Assembly (NCBI GenBank): GCA_963820525.1
Contig: CAWGAA010000001.1
Location: 1,632,001 to 1,696,000, forward strand
Source of the DNA: an uncultured Spirochaetota bacterium
Lineage (GTDB): Bacteria > Spirochaetota > Spirochaetia > SZUA-6 > Fen-1364
Direction of reading: 5' to 3'
Length of the DNA: 64,000 nt
Shown: piece after piece, positions 46,691 through 54,996 of the stretch
Layout: every line of letters begins with the position of its first letter
How positions within the stretch are numbered: position 1 is the first letter of the stretch
Position numbers and translations under genes: made by a program
The notes under the pieces: model-generated
Seen by the model: the letters and a program-made list of their open reading frames with translations, nothing else
What the model was told of the DNA's origin: nothing
Databases searched by the model: none

Positions 46691-47989
46691 TCACTCGACC
46701 CCTTTGAGGGCCTGGTCGATGTCGGCCGTGATGTCGTCGATGTGCTCCAGGCCGACCGAAAGGCGGACCAGCTCCGGCGTCAGCCCGCTCTCCCTCTGCT
46801 GCTCCTCGCTGAGCTGGGAATGGGATGTGCTCGAGGGGTGCAGGGCGAGGCTCTTCGCGTCTCCCACGTTCGCCAGATGGGAGAAGAGCTTCAGGCCGTT
46901 GATGAACTTCTCTCCCGCGGCGCGGCCGCCCGCGACGCCGAATACCACCATGCCGCCGAAGCCCTTTTTCAGGTATCTCGAGGCCAGGGGGTAGGCCGGA
47001 TCCTCGGCAAGCCCCGGGTAGCGCACCCACTTCACCTTGGGGTGCTTTTTCAGGAACTTGGCCACCGCCATTGCGTTCGAGCAGATCCTCTCCATCCTCA
47101 CGGAAAGGGTCTCGATTCCCTGGAGAAAGAGCCACGCGTTGTCCGGCGAGACGCAGGCGCCGAGGTTGCGCAGCGGTACGGTGCGAAGACGCAGGGCATA
47201 CGAGATGGGAGAAAGCTCCGCGGGAAGGTCTCGCGCCCACTTGAGGCCGTGGTAGTTGGGATCCGGCTCGTTGAAGAGGGCGAACTTCGAGTCCCGCCAG
47301 TCGAACCTGCCGGAATCCGTGACGATCCCGCCGATGGCCGTCCCGTGGCCGCCGAGCCACTTGGTGAGGGAGTTGACCACGATGTCCGCCCCATGATCGA
47401 TGGTGCGCAGAAGGTACGGCGTGGTGAAAGTTGCATCCACGATGAGGGGAAGCCCGTTGGCGTGCGCCACCTTCGCCACCGCCTCCACGTCCGTGAAGTC
47501 GAGCACGGGATTTCCGATCGTCTCGATGAAGAGCGCCCGCGTCCGGGACGTGATGGCCTTCTGGAAGTTGGCTGGATTATCGGGCTTGACCAGCTTCACG
47601 GTGATTCCCAGCTGGGGCAGGATCGCGTCGAACATCGTGTAGGTTCCCCCGTAGAGGTTGTTGGCGGACACGATCTCGTCTCCCGCGCGGGCGAGATTGA
47701 TGATGGCGTAGAAAACGGCGGTGGTTCCCGAGGCCAGGGCCACCGAAGCGGCCCCTCCCTCCAGAAGTGAGACTCTCTGCTCCAGAACGTCGTGCGTGGG
47801 GTTTCCCAGCCGGGTGTAGATGTAACCCAGCTCCTTCAGGGCGAAGAGGTTTGCTGCGCGCTCCGTGCTGGGAAACACGAAGGAGCTCGTCCTGTACACG
47901 GGAACCGCTCGTGAAGTAGTGGCGGGATCCGGCTGCTGGCCGCCATGCAGTGCCAGGGTCTCGAAACGGAAGGCCTGCTGTTCGCTCAT
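46691..47989 (-). CDS. metY: O-acetylhomoserine aminocarboxypropyltransferase/sulfhydrylase
   Basis: YTRLGNPT, LYGGT, SLTKWLGGHG, HLANVGDAKSL, RLSVGLE. Confidence 0.93.
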   Translation of the reverse strand: MSEQQAFRFETLALHGGQQPDPATTSRAVPVYRTSSFVFPSTERAANLFALKELGYIYTRLGNPTHDVLEQRVSLLEGGAASVALASGTTAVFYAIINLARAGDEIVSANNLYGGTYTMFDAILPQLGITVKLVKPDNPANFQKAITSRTRALFIETIGNPVLDFTDVEAVAKVAHANGLPLIVDATFTTPYLLRTIDHGADIVVNSLTKWLGGHGTAIGGIVTDSGRFDWRDSKFALFNEPDPNYHGLKWARDLPAELSPISYALRLRTVPLRNLGACVSPDNAWLFLQGIETLSVRMERICSNAMAVAKFLKKHPKVKWVRYPGLAEDPAYPLASRYLKKGFGGMVVFGVAGGRAAGEKFINGLKLFSHLANVGDAKSLALHPSSTSHSQLSEEQQRESGLTPELVRLSVGLEHIDDITADIDQALKGVE

Positions 47990-48047
47990 CTCGATCTCCT
48001 TTTATTCTCCGAAAAAGTCGATCTATAGGATCAATTCAATATAATTC

Positions 48048-48073
48048 ACTACTAATCCTATAGTTTTAGTAGT
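48048..48073. promoter_or_regulatory. Candidate Rrf2 operator upstream of metY
   Basis: ACTACTAA-N10-TTAGTAGT perfect inverted repeat just downstream of a minus-strand TTGACA (48096-48101). Confidence 0.55.
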
Positions 48074-48125
48074 ATTTAGATGAAAAATGGAAGATTGTCA
48101 AGCGATTTCTAGGAATGAGAGCCTA

Positions 48126-48452
48126 TTATTTCTTTTTCATTGTGCAGCAATCGAGCCGCTCATGGCCGAAGGTTTTTTCATTGTTTTCTATCATCCGGGA
48201 AAGAAAGCGGGTGAAGGGATTGCGTGAGGGTTTCAGCAGCGGCACCCGATAGCCGAGGGTTTCTATCATCCGGGTAACGCTTTCAAGGCTTGTCGCCGCA
48301 GGGTAGTAGCCAAATGAGACTCTGCCAATCTCCACATCAAGGTTCTCGAGGCCTTGAATCCCGGTGAGCGCAGTCTTGACTGTTTCCACGCACCCTTCGC
48401 ACTTCATTCCAAGGACCTGCAGACTTGCACGCTCGAGCTCATTCTCTACCAT
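48126..48452 (-). CDS. HMA-domain (CopZ-like) protein with C-terminal LDCC motif
   Basis: GMKCEGC metal motif; tail NEKTFGHERLDCC. Confidence 0.8.
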   Translation of the reverse strand: MVENELERASLQVLGMKCEGCVETVKTALTGIQGLENLDVEIGRVSFGYYPAATSLESVTRMIETLGYRVPLLKPSRNPFTRFLSRMIENNEKTFGHERLDCCTMKKK

Positions 48453-48490
48453 ATCTAACCTCCCACGCAGGTTGCATGAACACCTCTCGA

Positions 48491-48513
48491 TACCCCCCCA
48501 CCCCCGGGGTGTA
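48491..48513. promoter_or_regulatory. Candidate CsoR/RcnR-type operator
   Basis: TAC-C tract...G tract-GTA pseudo-palindrome upstream of the HMA gene. Confidence 0.45.
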
Positions 48514-48598
48514 CCTTCCTTAATTTAGCCCCTATTCTTCTAGACGTCAACCCTCCTACACTGACAAAAAAAGAAAACGATTGTAGAATGAGAAAGCC

Positions 48599-48979
48599 AT
48601 GCTCGTGGAAGTAACCGACGTCCAGCAGGTCCCCGGGGATCCTCGCCGGCGCTGGTTCATGGATGAGTACTTTGACCTCATAGTCTGGTATGCGGGAGAA
48701 TCCATAAGCGGGTTTCAGCTCTGCTACGACAAGACAATAAAGGAGAGGGCGTTGACGTGGCACGGAGTCAAAGGTTTCAGCCATGAAAGGATTGACGACG
48801 GGGAGATTCCCGGACGATACAAGATGACGCCGGTCCTGGTCCCCGACGGACAGTTCGATTCAGAGCAGATCGCCTCGCGGTTTCGACGCGAAAGCTCTGC
48901 AATAGATCCCGGGGTGGCGCGGTTCGTGCTGGAGGTTCTTTCGCAATACCCCGGAGCGCGGGGCCGGCCGAAGAGCTAG
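48599..48979 (+). CDS. Hypothetical protein
   Basis: 126 aa (RRRWF...DLIVW...GFQLCYDK); stop lies in the CTAG duplication. Confidence 0.75.
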   Translation: MLVEVTDVQQVPGDPRRRWFMDEYFDLIVWYAGESISGFQLCYDKTIKERALTWHGVKGFSHERIDDGEIPGRYKMTPVLVPDGQFDSEQIASRFRRESSAIDPGVARFVLEVLSQYPGARGRPKS

Positions 48980-49107
48980 GAGCCTGTCGGACTTTGGCCG
49001 TTTCCTGCATAAAAATTCAGCAGACAGGCCGCCGGTGTATGTTTATGCAGGTTTCCTCGGGTTGTTGTGCATGAACATACACAAAAGCAGGCAAGTCCGA
49101 CAGGCTC
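48980..49107. mobile_element. 128-bp MITE, copy 2 (inverted relative to copy 1)
   Basis: Exact reverse complement of 31854-31981; CTAG at 48976-48979 and 49108-49111. Confidence 0.92.
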
Positions 49108-49758
49108 CTAGATCAACCCTGAAGCCCAGAGGATCCCCTTTTCGAGAAACCCAAGATACGCGGGATGCGAAAGCACCTCCGCCCTGTGCCCGGGAGTGAA
49201 GCAGAACACGCGCCCCGCTCCCGAAGCATGGGCCCAGGCCGCGGCCGAGCTTCCGAAATCTGCCGACGCGGTCTCGAGCAGGCGGATGGTGCGCGCCGAG
49301 TCGACGCGCACGAAATACATCTCGTCCTGGATTTCGAACTGCTGGAAGCCTTCGAGGATCGGGTGGGATTCTTCCGATCTCCGCAGGCTGAACCGGGGAT
49401 GCTCCTCGGGGTGAAAGATAAACCCGCCCCGCACGGTCTTGAAGTAAGGTCCCCCTCGGCCATAGGAGGCGAGGCCGGCATGCAGCGCCACCAGCCCTCC
49501 CCCTGCCTCGACGAACGTCTGGATTGCGTGCTCAAGCCTCTCGTCGATCCAGACGGCCGCCGATTCGGCCGGCGCCAGGCGGGCTTCGCGGGCGATGATG
49601 AGCGTCGAGTAGCGATGAAGATCATCCCAGGGAAGGAGCGCCGGGTCCGTGTAGGAATCGAGGCTCGCCGCGCCGGCGGCGCTCGTGAGCGCCGTCACCA
49701 TCGACTCCGGCTTGTGATAATAGTCTCCCACCAGGGCGGCGATCCTTGCCTCTTTCAT
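49108..49758 (-). CDS. ThuA-like (class I GATase-fold) protein
   Basis: FVEAGGGLVALH, GGFIFHP, DEMY, GRVFCFTPGH. Confidence 0.82.
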   Translation of the reverse strand: MKEARIAALVGDYYHKPESMVTALTSAAGAASLDSYTDPALLPWDDLHRYSTLIIAREARLAPAESAAVWIDERLEHAIQTFVEAGGGLVALHAGLASYGRGGPYFKTVRGGFIFHPEEHPRFSLRRSEESHPILEGFQQFEIQDEMYFVRVDSARTIRLLETASADFGSSAAAWAHASGAGRVFCFTPGHRAEVLSHPAYLGFLEKGILWASGLI

Positions 49759-50228
49759 TCCTGATGGGCCTCGCCGGGATCGTTTTCAAGCAGCTCGACA
49801 ACCGTTTTCAGGGTCCGCACGGTGTCGATGTAGGCATAACGGCCGCCCGTGTACTCGCCCTTTTGAAGCAGCGGATGTCCGCCCTTCTCCAGCTCCTGCA
49901 GGCAACCCTTCATCCCCTGTACCACGAACGCCACGTGGTGGATTCCTTCCCCGTTCTTGTCCAGGAACTCCCTCCACGTGCTGGGCTCTCCATCCGGCTC
50001 GATGAGCTCCACCTCGAGATTCCCCAGCTCCAGGAACGCCAGCTTGGCGCGGGCCTTTGAAGGCTTTCCTCGATACTCGGTCTTCGCCTTCTCCACGCCG
50101 TCCGTCCAGAACCAGGAAGGAACGGGAAGGCCGAAGAGCGCAGCGCATTCCCTGCAGGAGCGCTCGATGTCCCGAACAATGATCCCGATCTGGGTGACAA
50201 CATCGGTGCCGAGAAGTCCTCTTTCCAT
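49755..50228 (-). CDS. VOC/glyoxalase family protein
   Basis: QIGIIVRD, ELIEP, FLDKNGEGIHHVAF, VELLE. Confidence 0.88.
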   Translation of the reverse strand: MERGLLGTDVVTQIGIIVRDIERSCRECAALFGLPVPSWFWTDGVEKAKTEYRGKPSKARAKLAFLELGNLEVELIEPDGEPSTWREFLDKNGEGIHHVAFVVQGMKGCLQELEKGGHPLLQKGEYTGGRYAYIDTVRTLKTVVELLENDPGEAHQE

Positions 50229-50448
50229 GACAACCTCCAGGGGAATCGATCAGGATGGCGCATCCCCACGCCCGCCGGGCGCGCAGTCGACGTGGGCGCG
50301 TCGCGAGCTTCTACCGGTATTTGGAGCGTGAAATCTCTTTCAATGCAAGTGGCCGATAACACCTCCGGGGAAATGTTCCCTCGCGCCGCAAATATCAGTA
50401 GATTTTGCTTTGGTTACGATCGCGGGAAAGTGTTTGAAAGGAGAAAGC

Positions 50449-52216
50449 ATGCCTGTCCGTTCCAGCCAGCCCGAAGTGCTCTCCTATGACATCGTTATCG
50501 TGGGGAGCGGTCTGGCGGGGATGCGCGCGGCGCTCCAGGCCGCGGCCATCTCCGATGGCAAGCTGAGGATCGCGCTCGTATCAAAGCTCCACGCCATGAG
50601 GAGCCATTCGGTATCCGCCGAGGGAGGCATCTCAGGGGTCCTGTACCCGGGCCAGGCCGACGACTCGGAGGAACTGCACGCCTTCGACACGGTGAAGGGC
50701 GGAGACTACCTGGGAGACCAGCCCGCCATCGAGATGCTCGCCTCCGAGGCGCCCAAGGAGATCAGGTTCCTCGACCACCTGGGAACGCCCTGGAACCGGG
50801 ACACGGACGGCAAGGTGGTCCTGCGCGCCTTCGGCGGAATGACGGTTCCCCGGACCGTTTTCGCCGCCGACAAGACGGGCTTTTTCATGCTGCACGCGCT
50901 CTACGACACGCTCCTGCGCTTCGGCAACCTCGATATTTTCCACGAGCACTACGTCACGGACCTGATCCTGAAGGGCTCCCGCTTCATGGGCTTCCTCGCG
51001 CTGGAGCTTGCCACGGGAGAGCCGCGGTTTTTCGCCGCGAAGTCCGGCATCATCGCAACCGGCGGATTCGGCCGGATGTACGGGTTTGCCACGACCGCGT
51101 ACTCCAGCACGGGAGACGGCATCGCCCTGGCCTACCGCGCCGGGCTGCCTCTCAAGGACATGGAGTTCGTGCAGTTCCACCCCACGGGGCTCATCCCCAC
51201 CGGCGTCCTCATCACGGAAGCGGCCAGGGGCGAGGGCGGCTACCTCCTGAACTCCGACAATGCCCGCTTCATGGAGAGATACGCCAGGGGCAAGATGGAG
51301 CTTGCCCCGCGGGACATCGTGTCGCGCGCCATGACCACGGAGATGAACCAGGGGCGGGGTCTCATCCACGAGGTTTCCGGAATGACCCACCTCCTCCTGG
51401 ACATGCGCCACCTGGGAGAGGAGAAGATCGACGAGCGGCTCCCCATGATCAAGGAAATCTCGATGAAGCTGCTGGGCATCAACCCGGCGCACCATCCGCT
51501 TCCCGTGCGGCCGGCCACGCACTACACCATGGGCGGCATCCACGAGAACATCCAGGGCCAGGTGATGGCGGACGACTCCTCCACGCCGGTTGCCGGGCTG
51601 TGGGCAGCCGGGGAATGCGGATGCGTGAGCGTCCACGGCGCAAACAGGCTGGGGAGCAACTCCTTGAGCCACTGCGTGATCTGGGGAAGGCTCACGGGAG
51701 ACGCGGCAGCGCGCCACGCCCTTTCCACGGCGGGCCTCCCCTCGCACGCCGACGTCGGGGAAGAGCTTTCCGCCGCATTGGAGCGTCTCGCCGTCCTGAG
51801 CTCCCGCAGGGACGGAGAAGACCCCTACCAGCTGCGCCGGGAAGCTCGGCGAGACGCTGGATGCCTTCGTGCACATCTATCGCGACACGGCGAATCTGGA
51901 AAAGGCGCGGGAGAAGATCGCCGAGCTGCGGCAGAGATCCGCCAGGATCGGGCTTGCAGACCAGGGGGATGTTTACAACACAAACCGTCGCGACGCGCTG
52001 GAGATCAGGAACATGATCGAGCTCGCCCAGACCGTGGTGGCGGGCGCACTGCTTCGAAAGGAGTCCCGCGGCTCGCACGCCATGATCGAATATCCGACGC
52101 GTGACGACGCGAACTTCCTCAAGCACACCATCGCCTACAGGACCGAGGGGCAGCCGAGGATCTCCTACGCCCCCGTGGCCATCACCCGGTGGCAGCCGAT
52201 GGAAAGGAAGTATTGA
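50449..52216 (+). pseudogene. sdhA: Succinate dehydrogenase/fumarate reductase flavoprotein with one frameshift near 51842 (real or sequencing error)
   Basis: GSGLAG, RSHSVSAEGG, QFHPTG, TEAARGEGG, HYTMGG, HGANRLGSNSL; after the shift RKESRGSH, NFLKHT, ERKY. Confidence 0.85.
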
Positions 52217-52635
52217 TGGAGAGCAGGAAGAAGCTTTTCGATCTTCGCGGGCCCCAGGGCAGGATCGGGCGCCTCGCCTCCTTCTATCTGGAGGGGTACG
52301 TGCACATGCTCTTCTACCGGATCATGGTGCCCCTGGCCATCGTCTACGGCGCTTTCATAGCCGCGTACCTCCTCTTTCCCGGGCTGGGAGCGGCGCTGAA
52401 GATCTTCACGGCGGCGGTCTGGATCCTGTGGACGCCTCAATTCATCGAAGTGGCGAAGGGCCTGTCGCTTGCATGGTCCCGCGGCATGGCCTACGGCCGC
52501 CTGAACAGGGAGTTTGCCGCGCTGTACAGGAAGCGGTACTCCACGAGGTCCGGGGGGTACGTGGCGTTTCCCATTATCGTCACCATTCTCTGGACCGTCG
52601 GATTCATCGTCATGCTCGTGAGGTGGCATCCATGA
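52216..52635 (+). CDS. Membrane protein, putative atypical Sdh/Frd anchor subunit
   Basis: About 3 TM helices; TGATG coupling to the flavoprotein gene. Confidence 0.65.
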   Translation: MESRKKLFDLRGPQGRIGRLASFYLEGYVHMLFYRIMVPLAIVYGAFIAAYLLFPGLGAALKIFTAAVWILWTPQFIEVAKGLSLAWSRGMAYGRLNREFAALYRKRYSTRSGGYVAFPIIVTILWTVGFIVMLVRWHP

Positions 52636-52856
52636 AGGCTTCCCCCATCATGTTCTTCGAGTACCTCGGGATGATCGGAGTCCCTGTTCTCCTGCTTCTC
52701 CTCGCGCTGGCGGCACTTTTGTCCGCCGGCGCCCTGGTCATGGAGGTCCTGCTCGCCCTTATCGCGGCGGGCTGCGTCATCTACGGCGCAATCGGGATAC
52801 GAGAAGCGTTCGTTCACGGAGGGAAAAAGCGTGAGACAGCTGTTCGGAAAGGATAG
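52632..52856 (+). CDS. Small membrane protein, putative second anchor subunit
   Basis: 74 aa, 2 TM helices, ATGA overlap with the preceding gene. Confidence 0.6.
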   Translation: MKASPIMFFEYLGMIGVPVLLLLLALAALLSAGALVMEVLLALIAAGCVIYGAIGIREAFVHGGKKRETAVRKG

Positions 52857-53601
52857 GAAGGCCATCCGGCTTACCGTAAAGAAATTCGACCCCGAAACGC
52901 GCCGCTTCACGGAGGCGGGATACGAGGTCCAGGCGGACAAGTTCACGGCTGTCCTCGACCTCTTGATTGCCGTCAAGGAGCGGCAGGATCACACCCTCTC
53001 CATGCGCTACAGCTGCAACATGGGCATCTGCGGCTCCTGCGGCATGGTGATCAACGGCAAACCCCGCCTTGCCTGCGAGACGAACGTCTTCTCCCTGGGG
53101 ACGGACGCCATCCGCGTCGGACCCATGGAGGCGCACCCGCTTCTCAAGCACCTCGTCACAGACTTCGACGATTTCTTCGCCAAGCACAAGAGCGTGAAGC
53201 CGTGGCTCGTCAGGAAGGACATTGCGGAGCAGCGCGCCGCGGAAAAGGAATATTCCCAGACCAGGAGCCAGGTCGACTACTTTCTCGATTTCGCCCACTG
53301 CATCAAGTGCGGGCTGTGCGTGGATGCCTGTCCCGTCAACAACACAAACCCCCACTTCGTGGGGCCACAGGCCCTCTCCCAGGCCTACCGGTATAACTGC
53401 GACTCCCGCGACGAGGGCGAACGGGAGAGGCTCGATCTCATCGACCGCATGGAAGGGCTCTGGGGCTGCGAGTATGCCGGGGCCTGCTCCCACGTCTGTC
53501 CCAAGGGCGTTGATCCCGCCCTCACCATCCAGCTCCTGAAGCTGGACGTGCTGCGCTACCGGTTCATGGGCAGGACGAACACGAACAAAAGGGCGAAGTA
53601 G
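52831..53601 (+). CDS. sdhB: Succinate dehydrogenase/fumarate reductase iron-sulfur subunit
   Basis: SCNMGICGSC, LAC, CIKCGLCVDACP, CEYAGACSHVCPK. Confidence 0.92.
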   Translation: MRQLFGKDRKAIRLTVKKFDPETRRFTEAGYEVQADKFTAVLDLLIAVKERQDHTLSMRYSCNMGICGSCGMVINGKPRLACETNVFSLGTDAIRVGPMEAHPLLKHLVTDFDDFFAKHKSVKPWLVRKDIAEQRAAEKEYSQTRSQVDYFLDFAHCIKCGLCVDACPVNNTNPHFVGPQALSQAYRYNCDSRDEGERERLDLIDRMEGLWGCEYAGACSHVCPKGVDPALTIQLLKLDVLRYRFMGRTNTNKRAK

Positions 53602-53612
53602 GTGGAGGTACG

Positions 53613-54251
53613 ATGCGCGCGTCGTTGATCACAACCCTGCTGGCCGTCGCAAGCGCGCTGCACGCGCAACCCCCATCGGCCGGCGTCGATGCAGTCTCAA
53701 GCCCGGCGCCCACGGCGGCGCGGGATCTGGCCCGCCTCGGCGCAGAGGCTCTCGAGAAGCAGGATCCGGCCGACGCGGTGGAATACTTCGCGCGCGCTCT
53801 GGCCCAGCTGCCGAACAATCCAGATCTCAAAGCGGCAAAGGGGAAGGCGCTCGCTCAGGCAGGCCGCGGGGAAGAAGCGGAAGAGGTCCTCATACAGTCC
53901 GTCTACCTGGGCACTGAAGACCCTTTCCCCTTCTATTGGCTCGGCACCGAGCGCAAGAGCCGTCCCCTGCTCCTCCTGGCGGCGGGGAAAGCGGCCCAGC
54001 TTTCCAGCTCGCGGAAGACATCCCCAGACAATAAGGATGGCAAGGGCGTAGAATCGCAGCTTGCCAAGATGCCGCTCCTGTCAGGCGCGGAGGACGTGCG
54101 GAAAACTCTTGACTCCGCGATTGGCGCGCTTCGCCTCATAGACGGCGACAATGACTTCGAACAAGACCTCCACACCCTTATCTCATGGTATCCACAGAGC
54201 GCGGAACTGGCGGCGGCCGCCGACAGTTTCCTCCACAAAGCAGGAAATTAG
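53613..54251 (+). CDS. Secreted TPR-like protein
   Basis: Signal peptide; AVEYFARALAQLPNNP helical repeat. Confidence 0.65.
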   Translation: MRASLITTLLAVASALHAQPPSAGVDAVSSPAPTAARDLARLGAEALEKQDPADAVEYFARALAQLPNNPDLKAAKGKALAQAGRGEEAEEVLIQSVYLGTEDPFPFYWLGTERKSRPLLLLAAGKAAQLSSSRKTSPDNKDGKGVESQLAKMPLLSGAEDVRKTLDSAIGALRLIDGDNDFEQDLHTLISWYPQSAELAAAADSFLHKAGN

Positions 54252-54276
54252 ACGGCCGCCGCCACAAAACAGATCT

Positions 54277-54849
54277 TTAGCTCTTGATCAGCACCCGCGG
54301 GGAGCTCACGTCCGCGGAAACATCGAACTCGTCCCACATTCCGGCTTTGTCGTGGCCCGGCACGCCGCAGACCAGGGCGTACTGGCCCGCCTTGTCCGCC
54401 GTGAAGGTGAAGACTTCAGCGGGCTGTCCTCTGCCGATTCCGACCTTGTAATCGGCCGGCTCTGAGCCGGTGAAGGCGGGCTCCAGATTGGAGGAAGTCC
54501 GCTGGTCCCACGGCACGATGAGCGCGCTGTGCTTGATGCCCGCATCGACCTTCAGATCCACCGTCACGGTCCAGCCCACCGGAACCTGGATCAGCATCGC
54601 CCCGTTTTTGTACCCTTCGAAGTTCAGCCCGGTGGACACAAGGTCAACGGTCACCGTCTTCTCATCCTGGTTCACCGAGAGTATCTTGTCCGAGCCCGGG
54701 TAGGTCGAATAGCCCGCGGGCAAGCCGGGGCTGGATGAAGGTCCGCTCATGCTCTGGCTCCATGCCGCGTTCCCCGCCAGGAGCCCTATGAAAATCACCG
54801 CCGCTGCGGTGGCGCTTCGAACGAGAAAAACTAAAGATTTTCGACTCAT
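54277..54849 (-). CDS. Sulfocyanin-like blue copper protein
   Basis: Signal peptide; LNFEGYKNG, VPVGWTV, HS, AGQYALVCGVPGHDKAGMW (His/Cys/His/Met ligands). Confidence 0.8.
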   Translation of the reverse strand: MSRKSLVFLVRSATAAAVIFIGLLAGNAAWSQSMSGPSSSPGLPAGYSTYPGSDKILSVNQDEKTVTVDLVSTGLNFEGYKNGAMLIQVPVGWTVTVDLKVDAGIKHSALIVPWDQRTSSNLEPAFTGSEPADYKVGIGRGQPAEVFTFTADKAGQYALVCGVPGHDKAGMWDEFDVSADVSSPRVLIKS

Positions 54850-54996
54850 TGTCAAATCCCCCTTCGTAAGCATTCTCTACGTATGGCGCACTTTTTTGGA
54901 TTTGTGGCTCAAAGGTACTACCGGAGCAGGCGTCGGGGGCAAGCGTTTTTTTTCCGAGTCGCGCGGCGGTGCGCCGCCTCAGAGGCGGCGCCGCTT

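Noticed and set aside
34471..47770. Antisense ORFs over clpA (749 aa) and cysK/metY (694 aa)
   Set aside because: Typical antisense shadows of conserved genes
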